NCBI RefSeq assembly: GCF_004010195.1
Contig: NC_057718.1
Span: 10,054,872 to 10,089,522, forward strand
DNA length: 34,651 bases
From: Chiloscyllium plagiosum
Taxonomy: Eukaryota
Direction of reading: 5' to 3'
The notes beneath the pieces were generated by a model, which was not told the DNA's origin, ran no database searches, and saw only the letters and a program-made list of their open reading frames with translations. The translations under genes and the position numbers were made by a program. Below, in pieces: positions 20,016 to 30,470 of this stretch (its first letter is position 1; each line of letters opens with the position of its first letter).

Positions 20016-20927
20016 AACCAAATCCTTATGGCATTCAGAATGAGAAACCAGTATGGTTTTGGGGAAAGGGTCAGTGAAGAGGACTAACTGAACTCTTGCA
20101 GAGAGAGCCAGTACAAACACTACAGCATGAATGGCCTCTTGGTGTGCTTAGATTCTGTTCCATAAATGATGAGACCAGGCAACATCCAAAGGGGGTAAGA
20201 TTGATTCAAGTTCTCCCACGATAGTTCTGTCCCACCAGGACATTACAGCAACTCTCACACACATTAGGAGAGAAAGTGAGAGAGGTTCTCTTTGGTCCAT
20301 TTGGTTCATCCTTACCCATACAGTCTACAATGTCCTCCCCACCCCTCCCCAATCACAGCAACTACAATAATCCTGTTTCAGGGACAGTAGTGCACAGAAA
20401 CAGGCCATTAAGCCCAACGAGGCCATGTACATCTTATGCTTCCAGCCCTCCTTCATCTGCCACTCCCAACACCCATCCTTTCCTCTCAGGTTCTTATCCA
20501 GCTTCCCAACTACACTACTTGCCTGAACCACAACTTGCAGTAGCGAGGTCCACATTCCAACCTGTCTCTGGGTACAGAGGAATTTGTTTTCTCCTATTCA
20601 CCTTCCCTCATGATTGGGCCTGGTGACTGAGCCTGAGGCAGCCAGCAACAAGATATAGTGGATGCTGTTTCTACATACTATATGAAGGTGGACTGATGTT
20701 CAGAGGTGGTTGGACATAGGTCTAGTTGGACATATTCCATTACCCATTCAGGCAGTGCCTTCATTGGTTTCTCTGCTCCTGATCTCATTAGATTCTGTTT
20801 GTACATAACAGTGAAAACACCAATGAAGTTCAGCTAGATCCCTTTCTTATGGCTCAGTCATGCATTGCAGCGACTGACTGCAATAAGTTCTCATGGTCAT
20901 TCACACAACACAAGAGTACAGACTCTT

Positions 20928-21250
20928 GGGTGGCATGGTGGCACAGTGGTTAGCACAGCTGCCTCACAGCGCCAGAGACCTAGGTTCAATTCCCGCCTCA
21001 GGCGACTGACTGTGTAGAGTTTGCACATTCTCCCCGTGTCTGCGTGGGTTTCCTCCGGGTGCTCCGGTTTCCTCCCACAATCCAAAAATGTGCAGGTCAG
21101 GTGAATTGGCCATGCTAAATTGCCCATAGTGTTAGGTGAAGGGTTAAGTGTAGGAGAATGGGTCTGGGTGGGTTGCGCTTCAGCAGGTCGGTATGGACTT
21201 GTTGGGCTGAAGGGCCTGTTTCCACACTGTAAGTAATCTAATCTAATCTA
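20928..21250 (+). mobile_element. HE1-type (V-domain) tRNA-derived SINE, full length
   Basis: A box TGGCACAGTGG and B box GGTTCAATTCC. V-domain TTTGCACATTCTCCCCGTGTCTGCGTGGGTTTCCTCCGGGTGCTCCGGTTTCCTCCCAC and a (TAATC)n tail. Confidence 0.95.
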
Positions 21251-21469
21251 CTCAAACAAGCTGCTGTAAAACTAAATGTCTACTATAAGTTGTGGTTTAA
21301 TGATTGGGTAGCACATACTGAACAATCCTGAGTACACTAATAGCTAGACTAACAATCAATTTAAGAAAATCAAACGACTAGAAGTGACATACATTCATAG
21401 ATAGGAACTTGTTTTTTGCAAACAATATATTCAACCCATGAACCTTTTTTGAATTATACTTGAGCTTAG

Positions 21470-21625
21470 GCAGCCCCATTGTTTTCTCCATGGCAACACC
21501 TCAGCCAACCAATTAGCATCATTTTCTCCTGTTGTGTAAATTGCTATGATCATTTGAAATTTGGCATTGTTGTGTTTGTCCTGATGAGTGTAAGGCAAGA
21601 AGCTTCAGTGACACGTTTCTCCTTC
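21470..21625 (+). mobile_element. Probable 3' terminal remnant of a second PLE family with a degenerate hammerhead core
   Basis: Reads CCATGGCAAC...CAACCAAT...TTTGAAATTTGGCATT, followed by gtc-CTGATGA-gt gtaag gc-AAGA-AGCTTC (21581-21606). The GAAA box is mutated but the palindromic AAGCTT stem III is retained. Confidence 0.45.
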
Positions 21626-21974
21626 CAACAAGGTCCTTCTTTCTAATAATTCATTTTAGCAAGTGGGTCAGCGTGCTTAATCAGTTAGGTCAGCTCTTGA
21701 CCGGAATTCCCTTGGGACAGAAAAAAATCAATGGCACCTTGGCACTCTCACATTTAGATTGGAACATGGTTGGTGAAAGGACCTGCGTTTCCCAAGCACC
21801 TCTCTCAAATTCAGGCCATCTCAAAGTGTGTTAGACAGGGGAGTACTTGGTTGGTCAGTGTTCTAATGTAGGAAACAAAGAAGCCATTTGTGCACAGTAA
21901 GAGACCACAAACAGGATATGAGGGAGGAATATTTGCCAGTGCAGGTTTCTGTAGTCCAGTAACACGGCCAATAT

Positions 21975-22284
21975 GTTATAAGGTCCTGACGGTAGATGCT
22001 GAGAAGCTGTTAGCCCCAATCTGGAGGTTGTGGACTAAGTGGGGAGGGGGAGACACAGGCTCAGGATAAGGGGGTGTTCCATTTCAGATTGAGGTGAAGG
22101 GAAATTCCTTCACTCAGCATTGTAAATCTTAGGAATTCTCTGCCCCAGTCATCTGGAGGTTGTTAGATGATTGGGCACCACGGAAATGAAGGGACATGGA
22201 AACCAGGTGGGGACTTGGAATTGTGGGAGAAGATCCCGTTGATTATTGGGAAAGGCCTGTGAGGTTTCCTCCTGCTCCTGTGTC
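21975..22284 (+). mobile_element. Decayed CR1 3' end
   Basis: Contains GGTAGATGCTGAGAAGCTGTT, CTCAGGATAAGGGG, GAGGTGAAGGGAAATTCCTTCACTCAG...AATTCTCTGCCCCAG and the tail CCTCCTGCTCCTGTGTCT. Compare the reverse complement of 34261-34651. Confidence 0.65.
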
Positions 22285-22460
22285 TCTGACCCCAGTTGAC
22301 CTCAAGCGTAGCTGCTCTGGTACAATTGAGTGCTCAGGTAAAAGCAAAGTTGGCCCAAACTGGAGTCACCTAGCCAAACAGTGCAGGTGTAATGACTCAG
22401 TACGGTGGTCACTGTGTGTCATAACGCTTGCGTTTACTTGCTGTGCTGCTTTCCTACCAG

Positions 22461-22592
22461 GCGAGAGCTTCGATCGCCAGGCGGGCACCAGGCGCTCTCT
22501 TGTCCGCTCAGACACCGCGCTGAGACGGACTACGAGAATCAAACGGCGAAAGACAATCACCGGGCTACCTGACACCGTCCAGAAGGAACTAG
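22461..22592 (+). CDS. NHSL1: NHSL1-like gene, internal coding exon C (132 nt, symmetric phase 1 to 1)
   Basis: Acceptor TTTCCTACCAG|; donor TAG|GTATGG. Encodes GESFDRQAGTRRSLVRSDTALRRTTRIKRRKTITGLPDTVQKEL, matching the NHS-family FDR.AS.R.SL...RRKTI.G.P motif. Confidence 0.95.
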
Positions 22593-22647
22593 GTATGGCT
22601 AATCAGCACTGTATTCCCAGCCCTCCCCTCGCTCATCTGTCACTCTG

Positions 22648-22702
22648 TATATGTGTGTGTGTGAGAGAGAGAGAGTCTGTGTGTGTGTCTGTCTGTCTGT
22701 CC
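22648..22702. repeat. Compound (TG)n(AG)n(TG/TCTG)n microsatellite
   Basis: TATATGTGTGTGTGTGAGAGAGAGAGAGTCTGTGTGTGTGTCTGTCTGTCTGT, about 55 nt downstream of the exon C donor. Confidence 0.9.
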
Positions 22703-23175
22703 CTGAGTGTGCATATTTAACTGGTAGTTACCATTCACCTCCTGCCAATACAGTCTGATAGCCAGCAGTCAAAAGTTCCAGGGAGAACAGTGTTCTCTGG
22801 ACAGAAGGAGAAAGTGCTTGAGAATTTCTCAGGCTTTCTGAGGCCTGTTCTCAGTCCTTTCTATCCCTCACTGACAACTCAGTCTGTTAAGCTCCAACCT
22901 GAGAGATACTGAGCCAAGTGGCATAGTAAAATCCCAGATCACCCAGCCACTCCGTGCTGTTCATTGATGCATGCCCTGAGGTCATGTCTTCTCTTGACTC
23001 CTCCCATCAGGGGAACCAGTTCTATGTGTCTTGAACAGTTTGAGACAGATCAGAATGTAACAATGGCAGTGGTTGCTTCTATTAACACCTCTCCATGCTG
23101 TTGCCTCAGTTCTTTTTGCAGCTCCATCTACTGGTATTATTCTGTATGGCAGGTTCAAGTGAGTACTATGTTTTT

Positions 23176-23341
23176 ATAGAATCCCCATTGTGGAAACAGG
23201 CCATTTGGCCCAACAAATCCACACCGATCCACTGAAGAGTGTCCCACCCAGACCCAACCGCCTACCCGATATTTTCTGTAGCTAACGCACCTAACCTACA
23301 CATCCCTGGACATAATGGGGCAACTTAGCACGGCAATTCAC
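23176..23341 (-). mobile_element. HE1-type SINE 3' half, antisense
   Basis: ATAGAATCCCCATTGTGGAAACAGGCCATTTGGCCCAACAAATCCACACCGA...CCCACCCAGACCCA...GGGCAACTTAGCACGGCAATTCAC is the reverse complement of ~21100-21235 and ~25975-26143. Confidence 0.88.
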
Positions 23342-24076
23342 AATACCACTTCCTATCCTGTCAAATCCTTTCAACCTTGATTGAACCATCCATCCATTCT
23401 TTATAATGAAGGGGATAGAGTCCAAGTTTGTTACAGGATGGTATACTCAATGTGAGTTAAATATTGTGATGAGTTCATGTGATGACTCAGGTCTATTAAT
23501 TACTATCATCCAAACAAACTAAAAGAAATTAGTAGATTTGCATTTATATCGTACTTTTCACAATCTCAGAACTTCCCAAAGCTTTCGACTGTGCCTGAGG
23601 AACAGACCTAGAGGTTGACAGAAAAGACATTAAAAGTTCAAAGTTAATTGCAATTGCTAATAAAAGATTAAAATAATTTGTGGGTCTGATTAATTGTTCG
23701 AGGAGTGTGAATGAGGATGTCTATGTGTTGGCGAGTGTGCACAAGGGAGTGTGTGTTAGTGATTGTGCCAGTCCGTGTGTGCAAGTGCATTGGTGAGTGT
23801 GTGTAGTTGTCATTGGCGAGTTTGTGTTGGTGTATGTTTACAATCAGGCTGTGTGCTGAAATGTGCCAGTGTGTAACCAAATACTCTGGTTGCACGCATT
23901 GTCTAAGTGCACCCGAAAATAACCAAGTGAGTTATAGAGAGCAAGACCCCAGCTTTAGCCACTGCGCACTGTTACCATAACTAGTCACAGCCAGCAGATT
24001 GGTCCCAGTGTTTCTGAGCTAGAGGGCTGGGTGAGTGCAGGTATGGGATTCCTCATGTTATTACTAACTGGTCGTT

Positions 24077-24122
24077 TGTGTGTGTGTGTGTGTGAGAGAG
24101 AGAGCGAGAGAGAAAGAAAGAG
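24077..24122. repeat. (TG)n(AG)n microsatellite
   Basis: TGTGTGTGTGTGTGTGTGAGAGAGAGAGCGAGAGAGAAAGAAAG. Confidence 0.9.
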
Positions 24123-24162
24123 CATATGATGAGGTGAACATTAGTGAGAAACCTTAAATTAC

Positions 24163-24563
24163 CAGCAGAAGATAACTAAAAGAAAACAATAAGGAAAGAG
24201 AAGATGAACTATGATGGTAAGCTAGCTGGTAATATAAAAGACGATTGCAAGAGTTCTTTTAGATATCTAAAAGGTAAGAGAGAAGCAAGAGTGGACATTG
24301 GACCCCTGGAAAATGAGGCTGGAGAGGTTGTAATAGTGAAAAAAAGGTAGGGCAGAGGCATTGAATGCCTCAGTTTCCTTTGCCTCATTTTACACAGTGG
24401 AAGACACCAGCAGCATCCCAGAACCTCAAGAGATTCAGGGGCAGAGGTGAGTTTAGTGGCCATCCCTAAGGAAAAGATGCTGGGGGAGCTGAAAGGTCTG
24501 AAGGTGGATAAATCATCCGGATCATATCAGCCATGTTTAAATGGGCCAAATGGCCTAACTTTG
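24163..24563 (+). mobile_element. CR1 ORF2 internal fragment joined to a 3' UTR remnant
   Basis: Encodes IRKEKMNYDGKLAGNIKDDCKSSFRYLKGKREARVDIGPLENEAGE and LKGLKVDKSSG. It then runs directly into TCAGCCATG...ATGGGCCAAATGGCCTA, which is CR1 3' UTR-like. Confidence 0.8.
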
Positions 24564-25704
24564 CGCGGGTATATGTGTCAGGGGCATCTATCTGTGCTGT
24601 GTCTGAGGGTGTGTATAGACACAGGGCGCCTCAGTATTGTTTTCCACAGCCAAGCAGTTTTGGAGATGTTCACCAAGTAGCCTTGGGTATGAAGGAGCAG
24701 AAATCTGAGATGCGGGTGGGCAGTCACGAGCCCTGAAGGCCAGGGGGATTTATGGGAGGGAATACTAACCTCCCATCATCTGGCTTTGGAAAATGATGCT
24801 TCTCACTGTGCAGGGACTGCGTTCAACACACTTGCTGAACTCATAGTTGTCAGAAAGATGTGGTTTTTTTTCTGACTTTGTGATGCCAACAAAAAGGATT
24901 TGCTTTGCCGTGTGTCCTTCAGCAGGGGGTCGGCTTTGCCAATGTTATGACTGTCTGACTCACTGAGGGTCAGTTACATACAAACCCAGGAAGGCTGGAG
25001 TCTCAGAGGGATTTGGCAACAAGGGCAGGGTGGGAGGGGGGTGGGGGAAGGGGGTAGTGTGGTTATTTTTCTCGTGCCGTCTCAAAATGAGCAGATTTCA
25101 TTCCATTTAATTTCCGTTGCATGTTATACTGGGATTTGAACTGCCAACTGTGGGATTACCAGCCCAGTATGGTAACCACTGCACCCCCAGCATGTCCACT
25201 CTTCCAACCTTTGGAAGTTTGGCAAATGTTGTGCTGGCTTCCAACCCAACATCCTCTCAGTTCCCCAGAATAATGACAACTATTTCCATCTCACTCCACT
25301 CCTGCCTCAGCTCAACAACGCGTTTGCAACCTCTACTCCTTGACCTGCAAAGTAAAACTCCTTCTACTCCTTTAAATGGAAAGTAAAGCTCTCTCTACTT
25401 GTTTAAATGGAAGGTAAAACTACCTTATATTGTCTACATCAAACACTGCAGGACAGGGACAGCTCAGGGGTTTGATACGGAGTAAAGCTCCCTCGACTGT
25501 TTTAATCTAAAAGTAAATGGAAAATGAACCTTACTCTACAGGGGACAGTGTACGGGGCCAAATTGAATCTATGACCCTGCCCCGTGAACTCCATGCTCTG
25601 GCCATCTGAGCTAACCATTTTGTGGTCTTTAGACCTGGCTATTTCCCCTCCCCTGCCAGTCACCCTCTTCAGTTCGTCCAGGTCTAAGCCTTGGCCACAA
25701 TTGT

Positions 25705-26300
25705 CCCAAAGACCCATTCACTGATCACTCTGATACTGACTGGCCTCCACCTGCTCCCTCGGAGGGAGAGTTTCCATTCTACAATCCTTGACCCCGTCTT
25801 CCATGGTCTCACCCCTCACCATCTGTCTGACCTCCTCCAATTCCAGCCTTTCGTGATTAGCCATCGCTCCAATACCTTCAGCCGCATGGGTCCTGAGCTC
25901 TGGAATTCTTTCACCGAACCTGGTTTCTTCCAGGTGCTTCGGTTCCTCCCACAATCCAAAGATGTGCGGTTAAGGTGAATTGGCCATGCTAAATTGCCCA
26001 TAAGGATGTGTTGGTTAGGTGCATTAGCCAGGGGTAAATGTAGAGCAATAGGGTACGGGAATGGGTCTGGGCGGGTTACTCTTCAGAAGATCAGTGTGGA
26101 CTGGTTGGGCCGAATGGCCTGTTTCCGCACTGTAGGGATTCTAAACCTCTCGTACGAGCTTCCTTAAAACCCTGCCATTTTGGGCTAGGCTTTGGTTCAT
26201 CTGCCTTCGACCTATTGTCAATCCTCTTCTGACAATGCACCTCCTCAACACGTTGGAATATTTAACTGCATGGAAGGTGCTACATCAATGCAGGTGATAG
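25705..26300 (+). mobile_element. Decayed L2 LINE 3' end, interrupted by an HE1 SINE
   Basis: HSLITLILTGLHLLP resembles the L2 HITP.L..LHWLP motif, followed by HGLTPHHLSDLL and FSRMGPELWNS. The tail GGTGCTACATCAATGCAGG lies near 26276. Confidence 0.65.
25921..26143 (+). mobile_element. 5'-truncated HE1-type SINE
   Basis: GGTTCCTCCCACAATCCAAAGATGTGCGGTTAAGGTGAATTGGCCATGCTAAATTGCCC...TTCCGCACTGTAGGGATTCTA matches 21045-21235. Confidence 0.92.
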
Positions 26301-26384
26301 GGGAGTTGCATTACCTGATAGCTGTGTTCTGGGCTAGTCTTTGTCATCATTTCTCAGTGGATGTTCTTTGTTTTTAAATGACAG

Positions 26385-29300
26385 GCTCTGGGCTGACACC
26401 AGCCAGAGGTCACTCTGTTATCCTGGCCGGTCACTATTCCACCATTAGTCGCCTGGAGAGCAGCAAGGCCACCAGAGGGCGGTTAGTCACCAGGGACTCC
26501 TCCTGTCAAACTGAAGAGGTCAAGGTAGTTCCACCTTCTGTCCGGAGGATCCGAGCCCAAAAGGGCCAAGGGATTGCAGCCCAACTCTCCCAATCATCGG
26601 CCGACATGTCTTCCGCCGGCAGTGCCAGAGATGGTGTGGTGCGTGCCAGGGCCGAGCAGCCCCGTTTCCACAGCCTCCCGCGGCCAGGTGCCAGGGTCTC
26701 GCTGCAGGAGCTGGGGGAGACACGCGGGACTCTGGGCCGGTCTGAGGAGCGTTTCCCGGACCCGGAGGTGACAGCGAAGCAAGATGTGACGGACTCCCGG
26801 CTCCGGGCCTGCTCCCCTTCGACCCGCCGCAACCCTGGGGACGGGCCGGGTGCCGCCATGTGCCCCGCCCAGCTCTCCGCCCGGGCCACCCTGTCCTCCA
26901 AGGCCGAGGTGGTGGCCATTCCCACATCGCGGGGCCAGCCCGGGCCTCCCCCCTCCCCGGGGGCCCCGCGCGATGACCCCGGTTCCTCCAGCGGCAACTG
27001 GAGTGCGGGCAGCAGCGGTTCCGGGCGTCTGTCCCCCACCTCGGACACCCCACTGACCCCTTCCCGCTGCGACTCGGCAGTCTCCCTGGCACCTCCGGGC
27101 TCCGGGGCAGAGCCTCCCCTCAGCCAGGGGCAGCTGGAGGCCCGCAGTGAGGGGAGACCTCAAGGGGCAGCGGCCCCTCCTTCCCCCTGCTCTCCCTCCG
27201 CCGCTGGCTGGAGCCCTCCAATGTCGCCCTCGGAGGTCAGGGGTCAACGGTGCGCGGTCAGCCTCCCCGAGTACAGCGACCGCTCCCTGGGCCGCAGCAT
27301 CTCCCTGAAGAAGACCAAGAAGCCCCCCCTTCCCCCGGCTCGCACTGATTCCCTGCGCAGGAGGCCCAAGGGCGGGCGGCCTGTGCTGAGCGAGTCCCTC
27401 ATTGCCAGCCTGCAGCGCTCCCTGGAGGTCAACCTCCGAGCTCAGGAGGGAGGCCCAGAGACTCACGGAGAAGGCCGAGAGCCTTGGGCCACGACTCTCC
27501 GCAGCCAGAGCAGCTCCGGGGGCGACGGCAGCACCAACAGCAGTGGGCGCTCCACTGCTGCCAGTAACGCCTACACCACCAGCGCGGCCACCCCATCACA
27601 GAGCGAGACCAGCAGCCTGCGCTCCGAGTACAGTGACCCCTGGGCCTATTACCCCGAGGGGCAGCAGCCTGGAGCCTGGGAGTGCGGGCCGCCTGGGCCT
27701 GGAGCCTCCGTGGAGCCCAAAGGCCCGGGCCATGCTGTGACCTCCCCCTCGAGCGGCTATTCCAGTCAGTGCAACACGCCCACCACGCTGAACCCAGCTC
27801 CAGCCTTCCCCCACCGCCCATTGCCAGGGGCTGCCAAGCCAAAGTCAAAGCCAAAGGTCCCTGAGCGGAAATCCTCGCTGCTGTCCTCCATGTCAGCCTC
27901 ATCATCATCTGCCTCCCTCTCCTCAAATGCTTCGGACTCCCGTCCTCAAGGGGCACCAGTGAGCACTGCTGCCTCAAACACTCCTGCGATATCACCCATA
28001 GGCCTTGACCTTCACCCTCACCTTCCTCAGGTATCCCCAGTGTCCACCGTCTCCTCTCGCCCTCCTCTGGCACCCCCAGTGTCCACTGTCTCTTCTTCCC
28101 CTCCTCTGGCACCCCCACTGTCCACCCTCTCCTCTCCCCCTCCTCTGGCACCCCCAGTGTCCACCCTCTCCTCTCCCCCTTCTCTGGCACCCCNNNNNNN
28201 NNNNNNNNNNNNNNNNNNNNNNNNNNNNNNNNNNNNNNNNNNNNNNNNNNNNNNNNNNNNNNNNNNNNNNNNNNNNNNNNNNNNNNNNNNNNNNNTGACC
28301 ACCCTACCGCCTCCTCTGACCACCCTACCCCCTCTTCCACCCCCTCTGACCAACCTGCTCCATCCTCCATCCCCTCTGGCCATCCTACCGCCTCCTCCAT
28401 CTCCTCTGACCAACATGGCTCCTCTCTCACCCCAGTTGCCCACTGCGACTCCACCCCCGCCCCCACCTGCCCCACCCCTGACTATGGTGGCCTTTCCTGC
28501 TGGCCCTCTGGATCCAAAGGGGTCAGCGTGTGTGAAGGCCCAGCCGTCTGGGAAAGAGCCCAAGACCCTGGGAGACCGTCCTGAGGCCAACAGGCCAGCG
28601 CTGGGCCTGCCCCTCATTACAGCCAGCGCTCTGCAGAAAGTGCAGCTGAGGTCAGTGAGGAGGAGTGAGCGGGCAGACCTCCCGGGCCAGGTGGAGGGGC
28701 ACAGCACCCGACTGAATCCGCAGCCTGAACGGCCGGTGTCCCCTCCACCCTGGAAGCCCGCCATGCTGCAGCGACCTTCCTCCCTTGGCCGACTTGCCAA
28801 GGCCCATCCTGAGGCCCACATGGCCCCCAACAGCTGCCTGGCCCTCGGCCCTGAAAGCAAGGCTGGCCTCATGGAGCGACCCACAATGTCAGCTCCCTCC
28901 AACAGGCCCGAGGCCCGGCCTGGAAACCATCTCGAGCCCATGGCAGAGCCAGCCTGTCCTGCTTCTGCTGTCCAGGGCACTGTCACCAGCGCCAAGGTCA
29001 ATCTGGGCACTCTGCCATCTGAAAGCCCTAATGCCAAATCACCCAGCAAAACGCCCCCTCTCATCGCCAGGAAGCCAAAGTTGATGCTCATTGTCCCGCC
29101 GTCTCCGTGGAACATCTCCCCTCAAGGGAAACGACCTCCAGTTGTCCCAGAACCAGCAGCAGAGGACCCGACTAGCACAGCGGCAGCATCTACTGGGGGC
29201 AACGGAGAGCAAGCCTCCCCAGCCCAGAGCGAGACGGCTCTGGAGTCTGACCACCCACTTCATCTGGCCGAGAGAGCCCAGGACACTGTGCAGCATGAGG

Positions 29301-29441
29301 CCTGGGTGGCTGACGTGCAGAAGATTCTGGATGAAAGCCAGAAAAGTCCCAGTTTGCGAGATGAACCCATCGCCGACAGCCCGGCCCCTTGGGATGGTGT
29401 GGATGACAGCAGCAGAATTAGCTGCCAGGATGAGGACTTGG
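26385..29441 (+). CDS. NHSL1: NHSL1-like gene, large Ser/Pro-rich exon D (~3057 nt including a 102-N gap, phase 1 to 1)
   Basis: Acceptor TTCTTTGTTTTTAAATGACAG|; donor TGG|GTGAGA; open frame throughout. Family motifs: TRDSSCQTEEVKVVPPSVRRIRAQKGQGIAAQ, FHSLPR, RSISLKKTKKPPLPPARTDSLRR, VLSESLIASLQ, TPSQSETSSLRSEYSDPW, SPSSGYSSQCNTPT, KPKVPERKSS, PLITASALQKVQLRSV, PPLIARKPKL. Confidence 0.95.
28034..28450 (+). repeat. Coding minisatellite: four 39-bp units (PPVSTLSSPPPLA) before the gap, 24-33-bp LTTLPP-type units after it
   Basis: CCCCCAGTGTCCACCCTCTCCTCTCCCCCTCCTCTGGCA is repeated at ~28034, 28073, 28112 and 28151. CTGACCACCCTACC-type units start from 28296. Confidence 0.9.
28194..28295. other. 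Assembly gap (102 N) within exon D
   Basis: Run of N; the homologous frame is the same on both sides. Confidence 0.99.
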
Positions 29442-29990
29442 GTGAGATTTTAAAATGAACGTGTTTTATCTTTCACCCTCTACTTTCATGCCTTTCTCTC
29501 CACCTTTTTCCTTCATCATCTTGTCCCTCCCTTCCATCTTCTTCCCCCTCACATTCATCACCCTCCAATCTATTCAATCACCTCCCACCTCCCATTGCTT
29601 TCCCAGTTCTTGTAACTCACGCCCTCCCGTCCCAGTTCCCTCATTGGGGTGGAATGAAGTCACAGGAATGTTGAAAGATTTCAGAACAGTGTGCTGAGAT
29701 GAAAATCAGGCAATATGAGAGGAAATGCTATTGTTTAGAGAGTGTGTTGGAGTGTTATGAGATATGGGGTACAGTTCTCAGTTTTTGTCAACACAACCCC
29801 TTTAACATTCATTTCAGGATCACATGATATCGTAAGTTAAGGCCAACCTGAGGTCAGTGACATATGCATGACCTCTGTGGGAACATTTGCATTGCTTAGA
29901 AAGAACATTATTTGCGGGCAAGAGAGCGGGGACAAGAATGTTGGATATTATGGGGCCTTGGGTGGAGTGACAGGGTGTAGCTGGCTATAG

Positions 29991-30387
29991 TAGAGAGTTG
30001 GAGACAATTGAGCAGGTCTAACAGAGGATTACAGAGTTTGAGCAGATCAGAAAGAGTGTTAGAGAGTTTTGAGCGGATCTAAGAGAGTGTTATAGAATTT
30101 TGACTGGGTCTCAGAGAGTGGTATAGAATTTTGACTGGATCTATGAGAGTTGTATAGAATTTTGAGTGGGTCTAAGGGAGTGGTATAGAGTTTGAGTGGG
30201 TCTAAGAGAGCGGTATAGTTTTGAGTGGGTCTAAGGGAGTGGTATAGAATTTTGAGTGGGTGGAAGAGAGTGTTAATGAGTTTCGAGCAGATCAAAGAGT
30301 GTTGGAGAGTTTTGAGCCGTTCTAAGAGAGTGTTAGAGAGTTTTCAATGGGTGGAACAGTCTGTTATAAAGTTTTGATGGGTAGATC
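29991..30387. repeat. Intronic ~31-bp minisatellite, ~12-13 copies
   Basis: Consensus is about GAGAGTGKTATAGAATTTTGAGTGGGTCTAA. Central copies are homogeneous and edge copies are degenerate. Confidence 0.92.
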
Positions 30388-30470
30388 AGAATTGAAGCTG
30401 ACAGCTTTTTAATGATGCTTGCTGCACCTTTGAATCACTGGAGTACATTACAAGTTTGGTGCTTTTGCAG

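Noticed and set aside
26506..29115. Long antisense and alternative-frame ORFs (180-362 aa) over exon D
   Set aside because: They are expected shadows of GC-rich, Pro/Ser-rich coding sequence and the N-gap, with no recognisable domains.
26378..29458. 1026-aa ORF as a single-exon gene
   Set aside because: The ATG lies in the acceptor region (ATGACAG|) and the stop lies past a GTGAGA donor. Flanking homologous exons splice in phase.
29991..30387. CRISPR array or coding repeat
   Set aside because: It is a head-to-tail minisatellite with no spacers; the 31-bp unit does not hold a frame and it is intronic.
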